NCBI RefSeq assembly: GCF_000008665.1
Contig: NC_000917.1
Span: forward strand, 600,001-632,000
Length of the DNA stretch: 32,000 nucleotides
Direction of reading: 5' to 3'
Source of the DNA: Archaeoglobus fulgidus DSM 4304
GTDB taxonomy: Archaea; Halobacteriota; Archaeoglobi; Archaeoglobales; Archaeoglobaceae
Below, piece after piece: positions 17,439 to 25,287 of the stretch. A program made the translations under genes and the position numbers. Each line of letters starts with the position of its first letter. Within the stretch, counting starts at the first letter, position 1. The notes beneath the pieces were generated by a model. That model ran no database searches. It saw only the letters and a program-made list of their open reading frames with translations, and was not told where the DNA came from.

Positions 17439-18099
17439 GAAAACCCACTGGAATCGCAGAGAAATGGCTGAGAAAGGCTTTACTTTCGTCTTTCCTTACA
17501 GTGAGGGCCTCAAAAGGGTGAGAGAGCTGCTCAATACTGACTATGACCCAGCGGTGCTGTGGGTTTGGGGAACCATGCAGGCAAGGGCTGTTATTGAGAC
17601 CCTCAAGGCCTGTGAGAGTGATTTTGGCGAAAAAGGACAGAAGGTCGTGTATGAAGCGCTGAAGAAGGTTGGCAGGGAGGTTGCGGAGCAGATGATTTCC
17701 AGCAGCAAATTTGAGGGTATGGATGAGGCCGAGCTATTGAGCTTCTTCGCCACAATCGTAAACACCATTGCCTACGCATCCATCGAAAAGCCATGGGTTG
17801 AAAGCGAGGAAAGAGTGGGCTTTGATATCCTGTGGTGCCCTCATCAGGACGTTTACTCCGCTTTCGACTGCAGAGTTCAGAGATACTTTGTTCAGGGAAT
17901 GCTTGAGGCTCTGAGGGAAAAATATGAGAAGGAGACAGGGAAAAAGCTCAAGTGGCAGGTGAAGTTCGAGACAACCATCCCTGCCGGGGCCGATGTCTGC
18001 AGATTCGTCATCTGGAGGTCTGAGTCAGAAGACAATGAATGGGAAAAATACACCGAATTGCTGAACAGGAAGGCCCTAAATGGGAAAAACATTTTGTAG
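17431..18099 (+). CDS. Conserved hypothetical protein, translationally coupled to the enoyl-CoA hydratase (weakly ATC-hydrolase-like)
   Basis: 222 aa with an 8-nt overlap on the upstream stop. Conserved-looking Cys/His positions are ILWCPHQD, FDCRVQ and GADVCRFVIW. The family assignment is from memory only. Confidence 0.55.
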   Translation: MSEKTHWNRREMAEKGFTFVFPYSEGLKRVRELLNTDYDPAVLWVWGTMQARAVIETLKACESDFGEKGQKVVYEALKKVGREVAEQMISSSKFEGMDEAELLSFFATIVNTIAYASIEKPWVESEERVGFDILWCPHQDVYSAFDCRVQRYFVQGMLEALREKYEKETGKKLKWQVKFETTIPAGADVCRFVIWRSESEDNEWEKYTELLNRKALNGKNIL

Positions 18100-18139
18100 T
18101 CGGCGATGTATTTTGAGCAGTACTCTCTTAGCTCTTCCT

Positions 18140-19789
18140 TCAAGCCGAATAATAATCCTTAAAGATTTTCCTCAACTCCCTTTTCATTATCTTTCCAGAC
18201 GGCGTTTTTGGCAAATCTTCAGGCTTAAGCACGATTACACCTTTGGGAACCTTGTAGGGGGAGAGTTCCTTACGGCAGAACTCAATAATCTCCTCAGGAT
18301 TGATTGTTTTCCCCGGCTTGGGCACAACGATTGCCGTTACAGCCTCAATCCATTTTTCATGCGGCAAACCGATGACGGCAACCTCCCAGACGTCAGGGTG
18401 CTTGTATATAACCTCCTCCACCTCCCTGCTGGATACGTTCTCACCACCAGTCTTTATCATGTCCTTCTTTCTGTCAACGATTTCGAAGTAGCTTTCCCTG
18501 TACTTCACCGCAATGTCACCGCTGTGGAACCATCCGCATTTGAAAGCCTCTTCAGTCTTCTCCGGGTCTTTGTAGTACATCAGCATAACGTGAGGTCCGC
18601 GGGCGGTAATCTCTCCCGGAACCCCTATTTCAGCTATCTCCTCATGCTCGTCGTTTTCAAGCCTTGACTCAAGATTCAGCCCGCTTCTGCCAGCAGTCTT
18701 TGTGTACTCCAGTATCTCTTCATGGTTCGCAACTGTGTGGTATGGAGCGAGCTCCGTCTGTCCGTAGTACTGGAAAAATCTCGCCTGTGGAAGCTTCTCC
18801 ATGAGCTCTTTCAGGGGCTCCTCCGGAAAGATTGAGGCCCCGTAGTAGCACTTTCTCAGTGATTGAAGGTCATATTTGTCGATATCAGGATGTCTCAGCA
18901 ATCCTATCCAGACAGTGGGGGCAAGGAAGAGCATCGTGGGCTTGTATCTGTCAATGTATTCCAGCATTAAATCCAGATTGGGCTCCGTCATCATTACATT
19001 CGTTCCGCCAACGTAGAATATTGGCATCATGAAGACATCTCGCTGGGCGCAGTGGTAGATGGGCATCGTGTTAAGCATGATGTCATTAGCTGTGTACTCC
19101 CCATCCACTATGCATCCAACATATTGGGCTATAAGCGACTCATTGGTGTGAACAACACACTTCGGCAGACTCTCAGTTCCGCTTGTGTAGGTCATCTGCA
19201 CCGGGTCTTCGATGTTCAGTATCGTATCTGGCTCCGTATCACTCTCTCCATCAAAGAAATCATCGAAACTTTCCCATCTCCCTTCACCTTCAACCCCAAC
19301 ACCCTGATTCGACCACAGGAACGTATCGACCGTCTTGAGCTGGTCCATCGCCGGCTCGATTCTTTCAAACAGAGCATCCTCAACAATCAGAACCTTTGCC
19401 TCCGAGTGGTTGATGCAGTAGGCCAGATCTTTTCCGTACATCAGGTAGTTCAGGCCGAGATATATCGCTCCAGCCTTAGCACAGCCGAAGATTGTCAAAA
19501 CGTGGTGCAGGGTGTTGTGAGCGAGAATGGCAACTCTGTCATACTTCTTTATCCCCAAATTCAGGAGAGCATTTGCCACCTTATTTGCCATTTTGTCCAG
19601 CTCGCTGTAAGTTAGTCTGATCTCCCTGCCATCGGGATGGTTGAAGATAAGCGCAGTTTTTTCCGGATATCTTCTCCCGCTCCGCCTCAAAAAGTCCGCA
19701 ATTACCCACCTTCTGATTTTGTTGTATCTCTTTCTCAGCTCTCTGACGTTTTCGTCATTAATTTCGTAAAATACATCCTCTCCTCTCAT
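18140..19789 (-). CDS. AMP-dependent acyl-CoA synthetase/ligase
   Basis: 549 aa with YTSGTESLPKCV, YGQTE, GWFHSGDIA and PKTPSGKIMKREL. An AT-rich TATA region lies ~25-35 nt upstream. Confidence 0.9.
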   Translation of the reverse strand: MRGEDVFYEINDENVRELRKRYNKIRRWVIADFLRRSGRRYPEKTALIFNHPDGREIRLTYSELDKMANKVANALLNLGIKKYDRVAILAHNTLHHVLTIFGCAKAGAIYLGLNYLMYGKDLAYCINHSEAKVLIVEDALFERIEPAMDQLKTVDTFLWSNQGVGVEGEGRWESFDDFFDGESDTEPDTILNIEDPVQMTYTSGTESLPKCVVHTNESLIAQYVGCIVDGEYTANDIMLNTMPIYHCAQRDVFMMPIFYVGGTNVMMTEPNLDLMLEYIDRYKPTMLFLAPTVWIGLLRHPDIDKYDLQSLRKCYYGASIFPEEPLKELMEKLPQARFFQYYGQTELAPYHTVANHEEILEYTKTAGRSGLNLESRLENDEHEEIAEIGVPGEITARGPHVMLMYYKDPEKTEEAFKCGWFHSGDIAVKYRESYFEIVDRKKDMIKTGGENVSSREVEEVIYKHPDVWEVAVIGLPHEKWIEAVTAIVVPKPGKTINPEEIIEFCRKELSPYKVPKGVIVLKPEDLPKTPSGKIMKRELRKIFKDYYSA

Positions 19790-20017
19790 GTATTGGTGTC
19801 AATTTTTAATTTTAAAAAAATTTACTATATTGATTCGTACAATCCATGTGAGAACCAAGCTGTCATGCTGTCTTGCAAAACATCAATTTTCCTGCCCATT
19901 TCTTCCAGCCTTCCAGCAGCTCCTCCATCAGACTGTAGCTCATCATATACTATACAAATCTATAGCATTTGCGATATAGTTATATAATTTGCGGAGAAAA
20001 GGCTATGAGGTGAAAGC

Positions 20018-21124
20018 ATGCACCACTCGCACCATCTCGAAATATACGAGAAGCTGAGGGAGAAGCTGAATAAGGCACCCATAGGTTTACCAAAAACTGT
20101 AAGCGGTGTCGAAAAGGAGCTTTTGAGTGTGCTTTTCGATGAGGAGGAGGCGAAGATTGCAGTTCACATGCCCTTCATCAGGTTTACAGCAGAGCAGCTT
20201 GCCGAGAGGACGGGGAAAAGCTTGGAATATGTGGAGAAGATTCTGAATGAGATGGCGAAAAAGGGGACGGTTTGGAAGGGTGAAAAGGACGGCCAAACAT
20301 ACTACCGCCTCTTTCCAGTGATAGTGGGCTTTGCGGAGACTCCCTTCTGGCCCGGCCCCGGCAAGGATCCAAGGCAAGAGAAGCTCGCAAGGCTCTGGAG
20401 TCAGTACAGGAAAGAGGGATTTCTGGACGAGATTGGTGATAGAGAGCACCCGATAATGAGAGCTTTGCCCGAAAGGGACACCATTTCAGAGAAATCGGAG
20501 ATTCTGCCCTACGAGGATGCAGTAAAGCTTGTGAAGGAGAGAGATTACATTGCTGTGGGTTACTGCCCCTGCAGAGTTATGGCGAGGCTTGTTGGGGAGG
20601 GTTGCAGGCACAGCATTGAGAACTGCATCCACATGGGCTCCGTTGGCAAATACATGGTCGAGCACGGGCTTGGAAGGAGAATTTCTGCTGATGAAGCAAT
20701 AGAGATTCTGAGGCAGTCCAACAGGGAGGGGCTAGTACATCTCACAGAAAGGTCAAAGCACGTGGCAACAATCTGCAACTGCTGCAGCGACTGCTGTGTT
20801 TTCTTCAAAGCCGTTCACGAGGCAAAGCATCCGAACACCATCGCCCACTCCAGCTACCTTGCCACTGTTGACACCTCAAGATGCATTGCATGCGGCATCT
20901 GCATGCTCCGCTGCCCGATGAAGGCAATAAAGGCAAAGATTAACAGAGAGCCAGCCAGCGTCGATGCTGAAAAGTGTTTGGGTTGTGGAGTTTGCGTGCC
21001 AACATGCCCGATGGAGGCAATTGAGCTGGTTGAGAGGGATGAGCTGCTTGAGCTGCCAGATGGAATGACCTACGTTCAGGAGCTGCTGGCTGACAAGGGA
21101 AGAGACCCTTCAGGGCTTTTCTGA
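20018..21124 (+). CDS. Cys-rich iron-sulfur protein: N-terminal wHTH-like region, CxC/CxCCxxCC block and a 2x[4Fe-4S] ferredoxin domain
   Basis: 368 aa. The cysteine blocks are GYCPCRV..GEGCRHSIENC, ICNCCSDCCVF, CIACGICMLRCP and CLGCGVCVPTCP. The RBS GAGGTGA precedes the ATG. Confidence 0.8.
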   Translation: MHHSHHLEIYEKLREKLNKAPIGLPKTVSGVEKELLSVLFDEEEAKIAVHMPFIRFTAEQLAERTGKSLEYVEKILNEMAKKGTVWKGEKDGQTYYRLFPVIVGFAETPFWPGPGKDPRQEKLARLWSQYRKEGFLDEIGDREHPIMRALPERDTISEKSEILPYEDAVKLVKERDYIAVGYCPCRVMARLVGEGCRHSIENCIHMGSVGKYMVEHGLGRRISADEAIEILRQSNREGLVHLTERSKHVATICNCCSDCCVFFKAVHEAKHPNTIAHSSYLATVDTSRCIACGICMLRCPMKAIKAKINREPASVDAEKCLGCGVCVPTCPMEAIELVERDELLELPDGMTYVQELLADKGRDPSGLF

Positions 21125-21196
21125 TTTTTCCCCATTAACATTGACCGAAATGTGAGAAATTTTTAAATGGTTTGATATTTAATTTCTCAGAAAGAG

Positions 21197-21769
21197 GTGG
21201 TTTGGTTGGCGGAACTTCCCGACGAAATATTGGAAAACCTTTACCCGGGCGAAGACGTGCTTTACAGCGTTAAGAAGAAGCTCTACACCGAGCTGAAGCC
21301 GAAATACCTGATTGTAACGGACAGGCGTATCATCTACCTTGACCAAAAAATTCTTGGCAGATACGACCTGATTGATATTCCATACGAAAAACTCGAATTT
21401 GTGCATTTCAAAAAGGGAAAAATCGGAGCAAAGTTCATCATTCGAAATGAGGAGGGAGAGGAAATAGTTTTGACGTGGATGGAGAAAGATGAGGCTGAAA
21501 AGGCTATTGAAGCGATTAGGGATGCTATCAACGCGATTGCCGTGGAGCCGGTCTCCATTCAGAAACGGAAGGGGATTCTCGGATTCGAGCTTGAGCTGAG
21601 CAAGCCGAAGGAGTTTATTACACGCACCTATCCGCAAGCTGTCGCCAAAGCGGCTCCGAAGGAGGATCCAATAGAGAGAATCAGAAAACTGAAGGAGCTT
21701 TATGAAAGTGGAGTAATATCAAGAGAGGAATTCGAAGAGAAGAAAAGAAAGCTGCTTGACCAGATTTAG
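21197..21769 (+). CDS. bPH (bacterial pleckstrin-homology-like) domain protein with a C-terminal SHOCT domain
   Basis: 190 aa with a GTG start after AAGAGGTG. The bPH-like pattern is GEDVLY...LIVTDRRIIYLD...IPYEKLEFVHFKKG. The SHOCT-like tail is RIRKLKELYESGVISREEFEEKKRKLL. Confidence 0.65.
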   Translation: MVWLAELPDEILENLYPGEDVLYSVKKKLYTELKPKYLIVTDRRIIYLDQKILGRYDLIDIPYEKLEFVHFKKGKIGAKFIIRNEEGEEIVLTWMEKDEAEKAIEAIRDAINAIAVEPVSIQKRKGILGFELELSKPKEFITRTYPQAVAKAAPKEDPIERIRKLKELYESGVISREEFEEKKRKLLDQI

Positions 21770-21784
21770 CTTGATTGCTGAACT

Positions 21785-22543
21785 CTACCAACCCGCAAAC
21801 AACCCAACGATGTCTTTCAGCACATCATCCCTCAATCCTAAAGCAAGCATTATCAGGCTCTTTCTTCCTTCGGCCATTTTCATGAAGTTCTTCACCAGCT
21901 TTTCCCACTCCTCTCTCCCGAATGGCATTTCCGCATACTCTCTGCTGTCCAAATCAAGCCCGAGATACCAGATGACAAGATTTGGGTCGTATTCCTTAAC
22001 TCTCTCTACCAACTCCTCGAAGGACTTCACGTAATCCTTCCCCATCCTCCTTCCGAGAACACATCTAAGGTCTTCGGAAATCTCACACTCCCTTCTGCCG
22101 ATGCAGAAGAATGTTGCTCTTTCCTCCGAAACAATTGAGGCCTTTCCGTGGTGGGCGTCAGTTTCAATAACAGCAATTCGTCCGTAGCTTTCAGCCGCCT
22201 TAACAGCTATTGCCAGACCATTCAGAAGGCAGTAGCCCCTCATTCTGCTCTGCTCTGCCAGATGTCCCGCGGTGGTAACAGGAACTATCACAGCGTCGTA
22301 ATCCTTCAACGCCTTAAGGCCAGTAAGTATGCACTTCACATTCTCAACAGCATTTTCAAAGAAGGGGTGACTTCTAATTCTGCTAAAATACTCTTCAGAG
22401 TGAATCTGCATGATTAGCTCTTCCACTTCCTGCTCCTCACCCTCAATAAGCCTTATTTCGACCTCCTTCAAAACTCTGAGCTTTCTTGAGGGAGGAATCT
22501 GGGGAGAAAGCAATCTGTCAGAGTAAACCATTGCAATGTCCAT
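21785..22543 (-). CDS. Shortened histone deacetylase/acetoin-utilization (arginase-fold deacetylase) family homolog
   Basis: The ATG at 22543 gives MDIAMVYSD. It aligns by eye to HDAC core blocks: AGHLA..RGYCLLNGLAIAV, IAVIETDAHHG, LVIWYLGLDLDSRE and LIMLALGL. At ~252 aa it is much shorter than typical members. Confidence 0.6.
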   Translation of the reverse strand: MDIAMVYSDRLLSPQIPPSRKLRVLKEVEIRLIEGEEQEVEELIMQIHSEEYFSRIRSHPFFENAVENVKCILTGLKALKDYDAVIVPVTTAGHLAEQSRMRGYCLLNGLAIAVKAAESYGRIAVIETDAHHGKASIVSEERATFFCIGRRECEISEDLRCVLGRRMGKDYVKSFEELVERVKEYDPNLVIWYLGLDLDSREYAEMPFGREEWEKLVKNFMKMAEGRKSLIMLALGLRDDVLKDIVGLFAGW

Positions 22544-22556
22544 AAACAATTTTGGG

Positions 22557-22576
22557 AAAAGGGATTTATAACTTTT
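22557..22576. promoter_or_regulatory. Shared bidirectional promoter core: quasi-palindromic AAAAG-GGATTTATAA-CTTTT
   Basis: The TTTATAA centre (~22568) lies 24-25 nt from both divergent ATGs (22543 minus, 22592 plus). A-rich BRE-like arms flank it on both sides. Neither ATG has a nearby SD, which suggests two leaderless mRNAs. Confidence 0.45.
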
Positions 22577-22591
22577 AGTTTGTCTTTAAGC

Positions 22592-24349
22592 ATGCCGATT
22601 ATCACTTTCCTTCCTTCAGGCAAGCGTGCTGAGGTTGATGAAGGTAAAACCATTCTCTCTGCTGCTCAGGAAATTGGTGAAGGAATTAGAAGCTTATGCG
22701 GCGGAAAAGGGAGTTGTGGTAAGTGTTTAGTGGTGGTAAGGAAGGGAGATGTGGAGATTTTAAGTGAGGAGGCTCACGAGAAGTTTGTCAGGGAAAAGGG
22801 ATACTACCTCGCTTGCCAGACTGCAGTCAAAGGTGATGTTGAGGTCTTCATTCCTCCTGAATCGAGGCTGGAAAGGCAGCAAATCCTCAAGGACTTCTTC
22901 ATCTCCTCCAAAGAGTTCAACCCGGTTGTGAAGGTGGAGTTCTGCAGCGACGCTTTCCTTCCTGAAGTTTTGTCGCAGAAGGGGTTGAGGCTTGCTTGCA
23001 GCACAGACGTGGAGGAGGGCGATTTCGGGCTTGTTGTGAGGGGTAAGGAGGTTATCGATGTCCTTCCCGACGAGAAAGCCTTTGGGCTGGCTGTTGATGT
23101 GGGCACAACGACTATTGTAGCAGCTCTTGTGGATTTGAAGGATGGGAAGGTGGTGAATGTAGCATCAGACTACAACGGGCAGATTATTTACGGTGAGGAG
23201 GTGCTCAGCAGGGTTGAGTTCGCAAGAAGCAGGAAGGATGGTGTTGAGGTTCTGCAGAGGGCTGTGGTGGAGTCGATAAACAAGCTCATTGACAAACTTC
23301 TGGAGGGCTACGCAACGCCTGACAGAATCTATGATGTTGTTGCCGCAGGAAATACAATAATGACCCACTTTCTGGTGGGGAAGGACGTGGAGTACCTTTT
23401 CTCCTCTCCCGATGTAAAAGTAGAAAGGGAGGGTTTTGTAGTAAATGCCTCAGAAATTGGATTGAAGGTGAACAGCAACGCCGAGCTCTTCTGCCTGCCT
23501 CCAGTGGGCAGATTTGTTGGCGGTGACATTGTTGGCGACATTCTCGCCTCAAGAATTGTCGATTCTGCCACCATTTCGCTGATGGTTGACCTCGGAACCA
23601 ATGGGGAGATTGTTGTGGGGAGTGAGGGCTGGGCAATGGCGACGAGCGTGGCGAGCGGGCCGGCCTTTGAGGGCTACGAAATCAAGCACGGAAGCAGGGC
23701 GGTTGAAGGGGCGATAGACCACGTTGAAATTGAGGGCGAGGAGGTGAGGTACACTGTAATTGGCAATGGAAAGCCGAGGAGCATTTGTGGTAGTGGGCTA
23801 ATTGACCTGATGGCGGAGATGTTCAAGAACGGCATTCTCGACGCTACCGGGGCGATGAACAAAAAGCATCCGAGAGTTAGGAGGGGAGAGGATGGCTACG
23901 AATTTGTTGTGGTTGAGGCTGAAAAGTCCGCTACAGCCAAAGACATCGTTTTCACCGAAAAGGATGTCGAAACTTTGCTTAAATCCAAAGCTGCGGTGTG
24001 TGCGGGGATAGCGGTGCTGATAAAGAAAGCTGGTCTGGGACTTGAGGATATAGACGAGTTTTACATTGCGGGAGCCTTTGGATACTACATAAACTTTGAT
24101 AATGCCGTTACAATTGGCTTATTCCCCGAACTGAAAGCGGAGGTAAAGCAGATAGGCAACGGCTCACTTGCTGGAGCATACCTCGCCCTCGTGTCGGAGA
24201 GAAAAAGGAAGCTTGCAGAGACAATTGCAAACGCCTTCGCCTACTTTGACCTCTCAACGGATGCGGACTTTGTTGAGGAATACAGGGCTGCTCTCTCACT
24301 TCCGGGAAGGCCTGAACTCTTTCCCGAAACCTACGCAAAGTATGTATGA
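22592..24349 (+). CDS. RACo-like corrinoid-protein reductive activase family protein (N-terminal [2Fe-2S] ferredoxin plus ASKHA/DUF4445 ATPase domain)
   Basis: The ATG at 22592 gives MPIITFLPSGKRAEVDEGKTILSAA. The plant-type 2Fe-2S motif is CGGKGSCGKC...LACQT. ASKHA-like phosphate motifs are GLAVDVGTTTIV, MVDLGTNGEIV and AGAFG. Confidence 0.8.
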   Translation: MPIITFLPSGKRAEVDEGKTILSAAQEIGEGIRSLCGGKGSCGKCLVVVRKGDVEILSEEAHEKFVREKGYYLACQTAVKGDVEVFIPPESRLERQQILKDFFISSKEFNPVVKVEFCSDAFLPEVLSQKGLRLACSTDVEEGDFGLVVRGKEVIDVLPDEKAFGLAVDVGTTTIVAALVDLKDGKVVNVASDYNGQIIYGEEVLSRVEFARSRKDGVEVLQRAVVESINKLIDKLLEGYATPDRIYDVVAAGNTIMTHFLVGKDVEYLFSSPDVKVEREGFVVNASEIGLKVNSNAELFCLPPVGRFVGGDIVGDILASRIVDSATISLMVDLGTNGEIVVGSEGWAMATSVASGPAFEGYEIKHGSRAVEGAIDHVEIEGEEVRYTVIGNGKPRSICGSGLIDLMAEMFKNGILDATGAMNKKHPRVRRGEDGYEFVVVEAEKSATAKDIVFTEKDVETLLKSKAAVCAGIAVLIKKAGLGLEDIDEFYIAGAFGYYINFDNAVTIGLFPELKAEVKQIGNGSLAGAYLALVSERKRKLAETIANAFAYFDLSTDADFVEEYRAALSLPGRPELFPETYAKYV

Positions 24350-25287
24350 AAGCGCTATACTGGCTGCTTATCGGCTTCCTATCCTCAACTCTTGCAGAAG
24401 TGCTCTCATCATCCCATCCTGCAGGTGTGTTTGATGCATGGGGAATTGGGGTGATTTTTCCTCTCTACTCCCTCCACGCTCTCGTTCTGGGTGGCTGGCT
24501 TTTCCGGCTGGGTGTGAACTGGCAGAGGCTCTTTCTTTTCGGCTGCGTTTTCGGGATGTATGAGGCCTACATCACAAAGGTTCTCTGGAACCCCTACTGG
24601 GGGCCAGACGCCTTCCAGTTTCTGGGAATCTACTGGTTTCAGTTTGCTGTTCTCGTATTCTTCTGGCATCCAATTTTTGCCTTCATTTTACCTCTGCTGA
24701 TTGCAGAGTACATCTACACAAGCTCAAACACTCTGCTGAACGCAGCAAAGCAGTTTCCACTGATGCAAAAAGCTGGAAAGAAGTTTGCCCTGCTTTTAGC
24801 AGCATTGGCCGGACTCAACCAGTCAGTCAACACTCCTCCGTCTATGTTTTGGGTTGCTCTGCTGAGCTTCTTCACCATTCTAACCCCATCCTTCCTGCTG
24901 GAAAAGAGGAAGATTGAGGATATAATGCCCAGCGGTAGGGTTTTGAAGTTGCTAACCTTCGCCCTGATAATCCTCTACCTTTTCTGGACCTTTGCCCTGA
25001 GATTCGACAAAATGGGAAGCTTTTCGGGCCAGCTGGTCGTCTGGCTTTTCTACCTGCTTCTCTTCTATCTCATAATAAACATCAAAAGCTGTAAACCTGA
25101 GAGCAAGACAAGCGAGAAAAAAGGTGAGAGAAGATTTTTTGCTGCCTGCTTCCTCGTCTATCTGACTGCCTTCCTTATCACCTCCTCATTCAAGGCCTTT
25201 CCTGCTGCAATGCTTTTCCTTCTTGCAGGAACTGCCTACGGCACCATTGTTTTTGCCTCGATTCTAATCAAATTCTTGATGAGATGA
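24346..25287 (+). CDS. Polytopic integral membrane protein, unknown function
   Basis: 313 aa with about 8 hydrophobic helices. It is rich in aromatic residues (WNPYWGPDAFQFLGIYWFQFAVLVFFWHP). It overlaps the upstream stop by ATGA. Confidence 0.7.
   Translation: MKALYWLLIGFLSSTLAEVLSSSHPAGVFDAWGIGVIFPLYSLHALVLGGWLFRLGVNWQRLFLFGCVFGMYEAYITKVLWNPYWGPDAFQFLGIYWFQFAVLVFFWHPIFAFILPLLIAEYIYTSSNTLLNAAKQFPLMQKAGKKFALLLAALAGLNQSVNTPPSMFWVALLSFFTILTPSFLLEKRKIEDIMPSGRVLKLLTFALIILYLFWTFALRFDKMGSFSGQLVVWLFYLLLFYLIINIKSCKPESKTSEKKGERRFFAACFLVYLTAFLITSSFKAFPAAMLFLLAGTAYGTIVFASILIKFLMR

Noticed and set aside
18080-19615. 195-aa and 187-aa plus-strand ORFs (18080-18667, 19052-19615)
   Set aside because: Both lie antisense to the 549-aa AMP-binding ligase and have no motifs. 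They are shadow ORFs.
21179-21637. 152-aa minus-strand ORF
   Set aside because: It lies antisense to the bPH/SHOCT gene, which has recognisable domains and an RBS.
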